From an uncultured Planctomycetota bacterium (GTDB lineage: Bacteria; Planctomycetota; Phycisphaerae; Sedimentisphaerales; Anaerobacaceae): 64,000 nt of DNA. The notes under the pieces were generated by a model. The model was not told the DNA's origin. It ran no database searches and saw only the letters and a list, made by a program, of their open reading frames with translations. The stretch covers positions 34,301 through 98,300 of the forward strand of contig CAVOUO010000020.1 in the NCBI GenBank assembly GCA_963699595.1. Reading direction: 5' to 3'. The position numbers and the translations under genes are program-made. Position 1 is the stretch's first letter, and every line of letters begins with the position of its first letter. Below, one piece after another: positions 1 to 10,086 of this stretch.

Positions 1-1
1 G

Positions 2-979
2 TTGCTCTGGACGGGCGATGTGCCGACCGCGCCGCTGCCGGCCGGCGAGAAATTCGAGATCAAGGAGGACACGGGCTATGCCTGTCCCGACGGTCGCCAC
101 CGATGGCCGGCGGGTCTACGCGATGTTCCCCACGGGCGACGTGGCCGGCTTCGATTTCAACGGCAAGCGGCTGTGGCACAAGAGCCTGGGCCGGCCGGAC
201 AATGCCTACGGCTACGCCTCGTCGCTGGAGACCTGGCAGAAGCTCGTGCTCATCGACTACGACCAGAGCGACGGCAAGGACGGCAAATCGCGGTTCTTCG
301 CCCTGGATGGGGTCACCGGCCAGGTCGCCTGGGAGGCCAAGCGCGAATCTGCCGAGCACGTGGACGACCCCGATCGTGGTGGACGTGGCGGGGCAGCCGC
401 AGTTGATCACCGTCGCCGATCCCAACGTCGTCTCCTACAATCCGGCCAGCGGCAAGGAACTCTGGCGGGCCAAGTGCGTGGGCGGGGACCTGGCCCCATC
501 GCCCCTCTGTGCCGGCGGCCTGGTCTTTGCGATCCAGCCGTTCTCGCAGCTGGTCGGCGATCAAGCCGACGGGTCAGGGCGATGTCACGAAGACGCACGT
601 CGCCTGGAAGGGAGAGGACGGCATCCCGGACATCTGCTCGCCCGTCAGCGACGGCAAGTATGTATACCTGCTGGACAGCGAGGGCCTGATCACCTGCTAC
701 AACGTGGCGGATGGGAAGAAGGTCTATGAGCACGATCTGAAGGAGCAGTGCCGAGCGTCGCCCAGCATCGTGGGCGACAAGCTCTACATCCTGAGCCTGA
801 AAGGGGTCATGCACATTGCCCAGGCCGGGCCCGAGTACAAGGAGCTCGGCAAATGCGAGCTGAACGAGGAGTGCTTCGCCTCCCCCGCGTTCGCGGACGG
901 CCGGATCTACGTCCGGGGCGTGAAGAACCTCTATTGTATTGGCAAGCCCGCAGCAGGCGGACCATCGAGCACCAAGTAG
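2..979 (+). pseudogene. PQQ-like/BamB-type beta-propeller repeat protein; 5-prime end lies outside the window; reading frame broken twice (~345, ~555)
   Basis: Propeller-type sequence continues across three ORF-track frames: 18..689 (RRVYAMFPTGDVAGFDFNGKRLWHKSLG...FFALDGVTGQVAWEAKR), 103..729 (NLPSTWTTPIVVDVAGQPQLITVADPNVVSYNPASGKELWR) and 509..979 (AIKPTGQGDVTKTHVAWK...DGKYVYLLDSEGLITCYNVADGKKVYEH...GRIYVRGVKNLYCIG). Stop at 977-979. Confidence 0.7.
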
Positions 980-985
980 GATGGC

Positions 986-3359
986 ATGGAGCAATTGGAT
1001 CTGACATTCGTGGATCAGGTGGTCGAGAAGGTCGGCACCGGCAAGGAGAAGGTGCTGGAGATCCTCCAGGCGATCCAGGGGCACTACGGCTATCTGCCGC
1101 AGGAGGCCCTGCAGCGCGTCTGCGAGCTGACGGAGATCACGCCGGCCTCGATCGCCGGCGTCTCCACGTTCTACAACCAGTTCCGCCACCGTCCCGCCGG
1201 CCGGCACATCATCCACGTCTGCCACGGCACCGCCTGCCACGTGAAAGGCTCCGAGCTGGTCCAGGACGCGTTCCGGCGGCACCTGGAGATCCCGGAAGGC
1301 GACGACACGGACGCCCAGAGGCTGTTCACCGTCGAGAAGGTCGCCTGCCTGGGCTGCTGCACGCTGGCCCCGGTGGTGCAGATCGACGAGGTCACCTACG
1401 GCCACCTGACGCCGCGAGTCCGTCCCCAAGGTCCTGAACGACTTCCTCCGGCACGAGCAGGCCCGGGCGGCCGCGCCTGGGACAGCGCGCCGGCTGCGTC
1501 CTCCGAAGCCGGGCTTCCATGGCGAGATCCGCATCGGGCTGGGCTCCTGCTGCCTGGCCCACGGCAGCGGCAGGCTGCACGGCGCCCTGCAGGACGCCTT
1601 GGCCCAAGTCGGCGCCAGGGTGCCGGTGAAGCGGGTCGGCTGCGTGGGCATGTGCCACCAGACGCCGCTGGTGGAGCTCGTGCCGCCGCATCAGTCCTCA
1701 TTTCTCTATGCCCGGGTGCAGCCGGAGGACGCCACGGCCATCGTCCTGCGGCATTTCGGCGCCGAAGTGGCCGCACCGGAAGCTCTCCAACGCTGTCTCC
1801 GGTGCGCTGGACCGGCTGTTGACCGACGAGACGTGGGAGCCTGTCACGCGCGTACTCGATCGACGCGCGGGACGCGCCGGTGTCGCGATTTCCTGGGCCG
1901 GCAGATGCACATGGCCACCGAGCACTGCGGCCAGATCGATCCGACCGACCTGGACGAGTACCTGCCGCCACGACGGCTTCAAGGCCCTGGCGCCGGTGCT
2001 CAAAGAGCTGACGCCCGAGGCGGTGATCGCGCAGATCGAAGCGAGCGGGCTGCGCGGCCGCGGCGGGGCCGGCTTCCCCACGCATCTCAAATGGTCGGCG
2101 GTCCGCGCGGCCGCCGGCCCAGAAGAAGTACATCATCTGCAACGGCGACGAGGGCGACCCCGGCGCCTTCATGGACCGCATGCTGCTGGAGTCGTATCCC
2201 GTACCGCATCATCGAGGGGATGACCATCGCCGCCCGGTGCGTCGGCGCCGACGAGGGCTTTCTCTACATCCGCGCCGAGTATCCGCTGGCGGTCAAGCGG
2301 GTCACCGAGGCGCTGGCGCAGTGCCGGGAGCGGGGCTTCCTCGGCGACCACATCCTCGGCACGGATTTCTCGCTGCAACTGTCGGATCGTGGCAGGGGCG
2401 GGCGCCTTCGTCTGCGGCGAGGAGACGGCGCTGATGGCGTCGCATCGAAGGCCGCCGCGGCATGCCCCGGCTGCGCCCGCCGTTCCCGGCGCAGAACGGC
2501 CTGTGGGACCAGCCCGACGCTGATCAACAACGTCGAGACCTACGCCCTGCGTGCCCTGGATCCTCCGCCACGGCGCCGAGGCCTTCGCCGCGCATCGGCA
2601 CCGGCAAGAGCAAGGGCACGAAGGTCTTCGCCCTGGCCGGCAAGGTCGCGCCGCGGCGGGCTGATCGAGGTGCCGATGGGCATCACCATCCGGCAGATCG
2701 TCGAGGAGATCGGCGGCGGCGTTGCCGGCGGGCTGCAGTTCAAGGCGGTGCAGGTCGGCGGGCCCTCCGGCGGCTGCGTCCCGGCGCCGCTGGCCGACCC
2801 GCCCGTGGACTACGAGGCCCTGACCGCGGCCGGCGCGATCATGGGCTCCGGCGGCCTGGTCGTGCTGGACGACACCGACTGCATGGTCGATATCGCCCGC
2901 TATTTCCTCCAGTTCACGCAGGACCAGTCCTGCGGCAAGTGTACGTTCTGCCGCATCGGCACGCGGCGGATGCTGGACATCCTCGACCGCCTCTGCACCG
3001 GCAAGGGCGAGGCGGCGGACCTGGACGGAGCTCGAACATCTGGCCATGACGGTCAAGACAGGGCAGCCTCTGCGGCCTGGGCAAGACCGCGCCCAACCCG
3101 GTGCTCTCGACGCTGCGCTACTTCCGCGACGAATACGAGGCCCACCTGGCGGGCCGCTGTCCGGCGGGCAAGTGCAAGGCCCTGATCAAGTATCGCGATC
3201 ACCGACGACTGCATCGGCTGCACGCTCTGCGCCCAGCACTGCCCGGCCGACGCCATCCCCATGACGCCGTACGAGAAACACGAGATCGACCTGGAGAAAT
3301 GCACCCGCTGCGAGACGTGCAAGACGGTCTGTCCCGCCAACGCCGTTCGGGTGGAGTAA
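986..3359 (+). pseudogene. NuoE/HydC-like [2Fe-2S] module running into a NuoF/HydB-like FMN/NADH/Fe-S flavoprotein (fused, or two genes); at least 9 frame breaks
   Basis: NuoE part: HYGYLPQEALQRVCELTEITPASIAGVSTFYNQF, CHGTACHVKG, CLGCCTLAPV. Next comes a Trx-like 2Fe-2S (IRIGLGSCCLAHG...[13 protein letters not shown]). NuoF motifs are scattered over three frames: [49 protein letters not shown]...[52 protein letters not shown]. The C-terminus has 2x[4Fe-4S] ([24 protein letters not shown]). TAA at 3357-3359. Confidence 0.75.
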
Positions 3360-3361
3360 CG

Positions 3362-4946
3362 ATGCCGAAGATCACCATCGACAATCGCGAAGTGGAAGTA
3401 GAGGCCGGCACGACGGTCCTCGATGCCGCGCAGAAGCTGGGGATTTCGATCCCCACCCTGTGCTATCTGCGCGGACACGAGGCCACGACAAGCTGCATGG
3501 TCTGCGTCGTCAAGCTGGCCGGCGCGAACGGCCTGGTGCCCGCGTGCGGCACGGTCGTGCGGGACGGCATGCGGGTCGAGAGCGACAGCGAGGAGGTGCG
3601 CGAGGCGAGAAAAGCGGCGTTGGAGCTGCTGCTCAGCGATCACGTGGGCGACTGCGTGGGCCCGTGCCAGATGGGCTGCCCGGCCCACATGAACATTCCG
3701 CAGATGATCCGCCAGATCGCGGCGGGCGACCTGCAGTGCAGCGATCGCGACGGTCAAGCGGGACATCGCCTTGCCGGCGGTCCTGGGACGAATCTGCCCG
3801 GCCCCCTGCGAAAAGGCTTGTCGGCGCAAGCAGCACGATGAGGCGGTTTCCATCTGCCTGCTGAAACGATATGTCGCCGATGTGGACCTGCAGTTGCCGT
3901 CGCCGTACCTGCCGACGTGCGAAGCCGGCCGAGGCAAACGCGTGGCCATCATCGGCGCCGGTCCGGCGGGCCTGGCGGCCGCCTACTATCTTCAGCAGGA
4001 TGGTTTTGAGTGCACTGTCTTTGACGATCACGAGGAGCCCGGCGGCATGCTCCGATATGGTGTGCCGGAAGCGAGTCTGCCTCGCGACGTGCTGGCGGCT
4101 GAAATCGCACAGATTCAGAAGCTCGGTGTGACATTCCGATTGGGCACCCGTGTGGGCGTCGCCGTCTCGATGGACGAAATTCGCCGGCAATTCGACGCCG
4201 TATTCATCGGGACGGGCGAGTTGAAGCCGGGCGATGTCGAAGTCCTTGGGATCGATGTCTCACCCGACGGAATCAAGATCGATAGTCAGACCAATGCGAC
4301 AAGCGTGCCGGGCATATTCGCGGGCGGTGACGCGACTCGGAAACGGCGACTCGCGGTCCGTGCGGTGGCCGATGGAAAGGAGGCAGCCGAGTCGATCCGG
4401 CAGTACTTGGTGGGGGAGCACGTGACAGGTTGGCCCAAGGCCTTCAACAGCCGGATGGGCAAAATTGACGACGCGGAGATGCAGATATTCCTGGCGTCGG
4501 CCAGCGCGGACAGCCGGCAGAAGCCTTCCGGCGGCACGGGCGGATTCAGCCGGCAAGAGGCTCACGCCGAGGCCCTTCGCTGTCTCCATTGCGATTGCCG
4601 CAAGCCGGATACGTGCTTGCTGCGGCAATACGCTTGTGTCCACGAAGCCCGGCAGTCGAGATACAAGGCCGAGCGGCGACGCTTTGTCCAGCAGACGCAG
4701 CATCCGGACGTCATCTATGAGCCGGGCAAGTGCATCGACTGCGGCATCTGCATCCAGATCGCCTCGCAGGCGGGCGAGAAGCTGGGCTTGGCCTTCGTCG
4801 GTCGTGGCTTCGATGTCCGCGTGGCGGTCCCGTTCAATGAATCGCTGGCCGAAGGCCTGAAGGTCGCGGCGGCCCAGTGCGTCCAAGCCTGTCCCACCGG
4901 TGCCCTCGCTTTCAAGGATGTGAACAAGAGTAGAGACGAATCTTAG
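3362..4946 (+). pseudogene. Fer2 [2Fe-2S] + GltD/NfnB-like FAD/NAD(P)H oxidoreductase + C-terminal Fe-S clusters; one +1 insertion near 3736
   Basis: ATG at 3362, 3 nt after the upstream stop. Sequence includes [36 protein letters not shown]...TSCMVCVV and [21 protein letters not shown]. After the break: [30 protein letters not shown], Rossmann motif VAIIGAGPAGLAAAYYL, GIFAGGDA, CLHCDC, CIDCGICIQ, CVQACPTGAL. Confidence 0.75.
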
Positions 4947-4961
4947 CCGATGCCGATTCTT

Positions 4962-5049
4962 GTCATCCTGAGCGCAGCGGAGGATCTGGCCTGCGAATGG
5001 GTGGTTCCTCAAATACCAGGCCCAGATCCTTCACTCCGCTCAGGATGAC
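4962..5049. repeat. Imperfect inverted-repeat (REP/MITE-like) element, GTCATCCTGAG family
   Basis: Left arm gtcatcctgagcgcagcggaggatctgg (4962-4989) faces right arm ccagatccttcactccgctcaggatgac (5022-5049). A second copy of the family lies at 42518-42641. Confidence 0.7.
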
Positions 5050-5065
5050 AATCTGCAGGGCGGGT

Positions 5066-5142
5066 GGCAGCGGCAAGCGGAGTCTGAGCCCTCAATCGCG
5101 ATACATCGCGATTGGGAACCCTCTTCGGAGCTTGCCGCTGGT
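5066..5142. repeat. Nested-hairpin repeat element (outer stem CAGCGGCAAGC/GCTTGCCGCTG, inner palindrome CAATCGCGA-TACA-TCGCGATTG)
   Basis: Outer arms at 5068-5078 and 5130-5140; inner 9-bp stem at 5093-5114. Related copies lie at 31551-31590 (inner part absent) and 40607-40676. Confidence 0.7.
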
Positions 5143-5229
5143 CTTGACGCGTATCGCAGGAGCCATCTGCAAGCTGCGCTTGCCGCTGCCACCCATCAGA
5201 TCGAGAACGCGAGACGAAGCCCCCGTGGG

Positions 5230-5937
5230 TCAACTCGGGCCGGCCACTCGCAGGGCCACCTCCGCGACGCGGCGACCGAGGGCTTTGACCGTGGTCATGC
5301 CGATCTCATCTTTCAGCACGCCGCCTTCGGCGCCGCTCCAGACGGTCGCGCCGTGGCGGGGACCCGGCCGACCGTTGCCGACCAGGATCATCTCGTTGCA
5401 GAACAGCGAGATCTGCACCGACTGGATCGTGACCTCCTGCCCGCCATTACGCGTGCCGCCCACGGCGACGACGCCGGCGACCTTGTTGCTCCAGGCGAAT
5501 TTGTCCTGGTAGAGAACGATACATCGCTCCAGAAAGGCCCGGCACAGGGAGCTCATGTTCCCGAAGTACACGGGTGTCCCGATAATGATGCCCCGGACCT
5601 TGGGGTCGGCCAGCGTGGGGACGAGCTTGGGGAAGTCGTCCTGCTCGCCCGGTGGCAGGGGGATGCCGGCGGCGACGCTGCCGTTGATGTTGAGCCCGGC
5701 CAGCTCGATCAACTCTGTCTCGACCTTGGGGCTGACCTCTTTCGCCGCTTGCAGGCAGACCCCCAGCGCCGTGGCGGTCGATTTGCCTTTGCGGGGGCTG
5801 CATGAGATGGCGATGATCTTGATCCTCCCCTCGGAAGAGGCGGCCGGCTGCGCTGCGGCGGGTGTGACGACCGTCGCGGCGGCCGCACCGGCGGCGACCG
5901 AGGTTCTTACGAAGTCACGGCGTGTAAAGCCCTGCAT
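5230..5937 (-). CDS. Tat-signal flavodoxin-like fold NAD(P)H-dependent FMN reductase family protein
   Basis: Intact 235-aa ORF. N-terminus MQGFTRRDFVRTSVAAGAAAA is a twin-arginine signal. It is followed by IKIIAISCSPRKGKST...IIIGTPVYFGNMSSLCRAFLER...GGTRNGGQE, typical of the NADPH-dependent FMN reductase/flavodoxin fold. Confidence 0.7.
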   Translation of the reverse strand: MQGFTRRDFVRTSVAAGAAAATVVTPAAAQPAASSEGRIKIIAISCSPRKGKSTATALGVCLQAAKEVSPKVETELIELAGLNINGSVAAGIPLPPGEQDDFPKLVPTLADPKVRGIIIGTPVYFGNMSSLCRAFLERCIVLYQDKFAWSNKVAGVVAVGGTRNGGQEVTIQSVQISLFCNEMILVGNGRPGPRHGATVWSGAEGGVLKDEIGMTTVKALGRRVAEVALRVAGPS

Positions 5938-6089
5938 GAGGTACCTCCTTTGCCTGAAGTTTTGCCGAACACTCTTGCCTCACTGAGTATATATGGCTAC
6001 GATAGATTCAGGCAAGCCGCAGGGGCTTGGTGCAGGCAGTTTTTGAGGCGGCGGGCCCATGCAAGAGACCGCTGTTCTGAAGGAACCGG

Positions 6090-7354
6090 ATGGTGGCAAC
6101 GTCGCGGCAACTCGGTGGTTGGGGTATCGCTGTCGCCACAGGCATACTGTGCGCGCTGGGTGCGAGCACCGTTCAGGGCGAGGACTGGCCCAACTGGCGC
6201 GGCCCGGACCACAATGGCATTTCGCGTGAGACCGGCTGGGACTGCGAACAAGCTCAAGGATGGGCCGCACTTCCTGTGGCGCAAGCAGATCGGCACCGGT
6301 TTTGCCTCCGTGACCGTCAGCGACGGCCGCGCCTACGCGATGGGCAATTCGGCCAAGCCGGACGGCAAGAGCGACCAGGAGCAGAAGGATACCCTCTGGT
6401 GTTTGGACGCCGGGACCGGCGCGGAGATCTGGAGACATACGTATCCGTGCCTCCTGGAGCCCAAGAGCCATGAAGGCGGTCCCAGCGCCACGCCCACGGT
6501 AGAGGCAGGCAGGGTCTACATCTTGAGCAAGCAGGGGCATGTGTTCTGCCTGAATGCCAAGGATGGGGCGGTCGTTTGGCAGAAGCATCTGACGAACGAT
6601 TACGGCGTCAAGCCGCACGAGTGGGGATTCTCAGGCTCGCCGATCATTGTGGGCGACCTGATCGTCCTGAACGCAGGAACGCACGGGCTGGCCTTGCGCA
6701 AGCAGGATGGCAGCCTGGCGTGGGTCAACGAGAAAGGCCCCTCGGGGTATTCCTCCGCCGTGCCGTATGAGCAGCAGGGCAAAAGGTGCGTCGCGATTCT
6801 CGGCAATCAGGAGGTCTACGGGGTCGTGGCGGCGACGGGGCAGGTCCTGTGGAAGCAGCCCTGGAAGACGATGTACGACGAGAGCATTCCGGATGCGATC
6901 ATCGCGGGGGACAAGCTGTTCATGTGCTCCGGGTTGGGGACCGGGGCGGCCCTGTTCCAGATCCAGGCGGACAAATTGGTCCGGATCTGGAGCCACAAGG
7001 AAATGCAGAACTGGCTGAGTACGTCTATCTTGTGGCAGGGCCATATTTATGGTGTGGACACCAAGGACGGGGCTCTGAAGTGCCTCGACTTTCCAGACGG
7101 GCGCGGTGAAATGGGCCCATGAGGGCTTGGGCGTCGGCAGTGTCACGCTGGCCGGCGATAAGCTCATCGCCCTGAGCGACAAGGGCAGACTGACGATCGC
7201 GAATGCCTCGCCCGCCGGGTACACGGAACTGGCGGCCGCACAGATTCTGGAAGGCAAATGCTGGACGGTGCCTGTGCTGGCCAATGGGCGGATTTATGCA
7301 CGGAACGCCGAGGGCGAATTGGTTTGTATCGATGTCAGTGGGGCGGGTCGGTAG
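6090..7354 (+). pseudogene. PQQ-like beta-propeller repeat protein with signal peptide; two frame breaks (~6245, ~7092)
   Basis: Frame of 6090..6473 gives MVATSRQLGGWGIAVATGILCALGASTVQGEDWPNWRGPDHNGISRETGWD. Frame of 5950..7122 gives NKLKDGPHFLWRKQIGTGFASVTVSDGRAYAMG...WCLDAGTGAEIWRH...VFCLNAKDGAVVWQK. Frame of 7106..7354 gives VKWAHEGLGVGSVTLAGDKLIAL...NGRIYARNAEGELVCIDV. An extra C in tttCCag is reconstructable at ~7092. Confidence 0.75.
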
Positions 7355-7497
7355 CATCTCTGCTTCGTTGCATCAGGGTGAGGGTTTGGCAAGGCGTGGT
7401 TCGGAGGCGCAACTCCGAGGTAGTGCGCAACTTATGAAAGGGGTTTGGAAGATGTCGAGCTTGAGCCGAAGGGTTTTGACGCTCTGTGTAGCTCTCA

Positions 7498-8724
7498 GTG
7501 ATTCTCGAAAGCAGCGTGCAGGCGGCGGATTGGCCCCAGTACCGGGGACCGAACCGGGACAGCGTGTGCACGGAAACCGGGTTGCTCAAGGAGTGGCCGA
7601 AGGGCGGGCCGAAGCTGCTGTGGGATATCTCCGGTCTGGGGCCGGGGTATTCTTCGGTTTCGATCGTGAAGGGCCGGCTCTATACGATGGGCGACCGCGG
7701 CAAGGCACAGTTCGTCTACGCCTACGATCTGAATACGCAAAAGGAGCTGTGGGCGGCCCTGGTGGGCAAATCGCACGATGACGGTCCCCGTTGTATCCCG
7801 ACAGTGGACGACGGTTTTGTCTACGCGCTCGGCACGAGCGGCGACCTGGTCTGCGTCGCCGCCGACAGCGGCCAGGTGGTCTGGAAGAAGAACCTGCTGA
7901 GCGATCTCGGCGGGGCCGCGAATCCCAATTGGAAATTCAGCGAATCGCCGCTGATCGACGGCGACCGGCTGCTGTGCACGCCGGGCGGGCACAAGGATGT
8001 CATCGCGGCCCTCAACAAAAAGACCGGCGCGGTGATCTGGCAAAGCCCGATGCCGGACATCGGCAAGAACGGCAAAGATGAGGCCGGGTACGCCTCCATC
8101 GTGATCAGCAACGGGGCGGGCGTGAAGCAGTATGTGCAGTTGACGAACGAAGGTGTGGTCAGCGTCTCGGCCGACGGGAAGTTCCTGTGGGGCTACAATC
8201 GCGTCGCGAACGGCGTCGCCAACATCTCGACGTGCGTGGTGGACGGCGACCATGTTTTCGCCTCCAGCGCCTACGGAACGGGCTCGGCCCTGCTCCAGCT
8301 TATGCCGGATGGGGGCGGTGTGAAGGCTCAGGAAGTCTACTGGCTGGACGAGAATCAGTTCCAGAACCATCACGGCGGTTTTGTGAAGGTGGGCGACTAC
8401 ATCTATGGCGGTCACGGCCACAACCTGGGCAAGCCCACCTGCATCGAGTTCAAGACCGGCAAGATCCTGTGGCAGGCGGACCAGCCCGGCGACGGCTCCG
8501 GCTGCGTCCTGTATGCCGATGGGAACCTCTATTTCCGGTATCAGAACGGCCTGATGGCCCTGGTCGAAGCGACGCCGGAGAAGTACAACCTCAAGGGCAC
8601 CTTCATGCCGCCGGCCCGGCCGGGGGCGAAGAAAGAAGCCTGGGCGCACCCGGTGATTTCCGATGGCAAGCTTTACCTTCGGCATTGGGACGTCCTGTTC
8701 TGCTATGATGTGAAGGCCCAGTAA
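7498..8724 (+). CDS. PQQ-like beta-propeller repeat protein (third paralog)
   Basis: Intact 408-aa ORF with a GTG start: AADWPQYRGPNRDSVCTETGLLKEWPKGGPKLLW...GRLYTMGDRGK...VYALGTSGDLVCVAADSGQVVWKK...GKLYLRHWDVLFCYDV. A signal-peptide-like MKGVWKMSSLSRRVLTLCVALS starts at ATG 7434 in another frame. The true start may therefore be 7434 with an indel. Confidence 0.75.
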   Translation: MILESSVQAADWPQYRGPNRDSVCTETGLLKEWPKGGPKLLWDISGLGPGYSSVSIVKGRLYTMGDRGKAQFVYAYDLNTQKELWAALVGKSHDDGPRCIPTVDDGFVYALGTSGDLVCVAADSGQVVWKKNLLSDLGGAANPNWKFSESPLIDGDRLLCTPGGHKDVIAALNKKTGAVIWQSPMPDIGKNGKDEAGYASIVISNGAGVKQYVQLTNEGVVSVSADGKFLWGYNRVANGVANISTCVVDGDHVFASSAYGTGSALLQLMPDGGGVKAQEVYWLDENQFQNHHGGFVKVGDYIYGGHGHNLGKPTCIEFKTGKILWQADQPGDGSGCVLYADGNLYFRYQNGLMALVEATPEKYNLKGTFMPPARPGAKKEAWAHPVISDGKLYLRHWDVLFCYDVKAQ

Positions 8725-8891
8725 GCGGCCCATGATCTGCAGGCAGTCTGTGGTCGGCCGTTTGCAGCCGCTGACTGAGCAGTTTCCCTATCTGCCCTCT
8801 GCCAGGTGAGGGCGATCATAAGATCGGTATGCGTGCGAGCCAATCCGAAGCCGAGGACGGTGGCGCACGTTCGATTTGGGGGATTTCAGGC

Positions 8892-9923
8892 ATGAAGGCA
8901 GCGGTGATACACGAGCATGGGGATCTGGATGTTGTGCAGGTGGAGGAGATCGATGCGCCGAAGCCGGGCCCGGGCGAGGTCGTGCTGAACGTCGTGTGCG
9001 CGGGCTTGAACCATCTGGACATCTGGGTGCGCACGGGACGGCCCGGCGCCCAACTGCAAACATCGCACGTCCTGGGCTGCGACGCGTTCGGCACCGTGGC
9101 GGAAGCAGGAGCGGGTGTGGAAAGCCCGAAAGTGGGGGAGCAGGTCGTCGTCAATCCTGCTCTGAGTTGCGGCCATTGCGAGTTCTGCCGGCGGGGCGAG
9201 CAGAGCGAGTGCGCGTCCTTCGGAATCATGGGACTGAGCCGGTCCGGGACCTTTGCCGAGCAGGTGGCGGTGCCGGCCGGCAACTGCTATCCCCGGCCGG
9301 ATCACCTGAGCGACGAGGAGGCGGGCGTCTTCGCTCTTACGTACGTGACAGCCTGGCGCATGCTGATGACGCGCGCCGCACTCAAACCGGGTGAAGCCGT
9401 CCTGATTCACGGCGTCGGCGGCGGCGTCGCCCTGGCGTCACTGCAATTCGCCAAGCTGGTGGGGGCGGAGGTCTTCGTCACGTCGTCGTCCAACGACAAG
9501 CTGTCGCGTGCCCGAAGATTGGGGGCCAATCACACGCTCAACTACCAGAAGGAGAGCGTCGCCAAGTGGATCGAATACGAGACCTCGGGCCGGGGCGTCG
9601 ATGTGGCGGTCGACGCCGTGGGGGCGGCGACGTGGCCACTGGACTTCACCTGCGTGCGCAAGGGCGGCCGGGTCGTCCTGTGCGGCGTCACGACCGGCTC
9701 GAAGGCGGAAGCGGACCTGCGGACCCTGTACTGGAACCAGCTTACGATCCTCGGCTCGACAATGGGCTCCGCCGAGGACTTCCGCCAGATGCTCCGGGCA
9801 GTTACCGTGAACAAACTCAAACCGGTGGTGGACAGGGTCTTTGTGCTGGGACGCGTGCGGGCCGCGATGGAGCGGATGGAAGCGGGCAAGCAATTCGGAA
9901 AAATCGCGATCAAAATCGGATAG
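8892..9923 (+). CDS. Zinc-binding medium-chain alcohol dehydrogenase / quinone oxidoreductase family
   Basis: MKAAVIHEHGDLDVVQVEEIDAPKPGPGEVVLNV, GHCEFCRRGEQSEC (structural Zn Cys cluster), Rossmann motif LIHGVGGGVALASLQFAK. Intact ORF; the internal ATG at 8892 was chosen as the start. Confidence 0.8.
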   Translation: MKAAVIHEHGDLDVVQVEEIDAPKPGPGEVVLNVVCAGLNHLDIWVRTGRPGAQLQTSHVLGCDAFGTVAEAGAGVESPKVGEQVVVNPALSCGHCEFCRRGEQSECASFGIMGLSRSGTFAEQVAVPAGNCYPRPDHLSDEEAGVFALTYVTAWRMLMTRAALKPGEAVLIHGVGGGVALASLQFAKLVGAEVFVTSSSNDKLSRARRLGANHTLNYQKESVAKWIEYETSGRGVDVAVDAVGAATWPLDFTCVRKGGRVVLCGVTTGSKAEADLRTLYWNQLTILGSTMGSAEDFRQMLRAVTVNKLKPVVDRVFVLGRVRAAMERMEAGKQFGKIAIKIG

Positions 9924-9924
9924 C

Positions 9925-9982
9925 GGCGGGGCGTCTGATAAACCTCGTGACAGTGACGGCACCCCGCCGGCACGCGTTTTTT
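9925..9982 (+). terminator. Possible terminator after the ADH gene (bulged GC stem plus T6)
   Basis: ggcggggcgtc (9925-9935) pairs with gacggcaccccgcc (9955-9968) with a bulge. The T-run at 9977-9982 is 8 nt from the stem, so this is not canonical. Confidence 0.3.
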
Positions 9983-10086
9983 GCGATGCGCCCATGCCAC
10001 CGCAGGGAACTTGGTGAACCGTGTCGCCGTTCAGGAGTAGTGTGTATTGAATTGTTACAGCAGGACATCCTTGGAAAGGGTCGACT

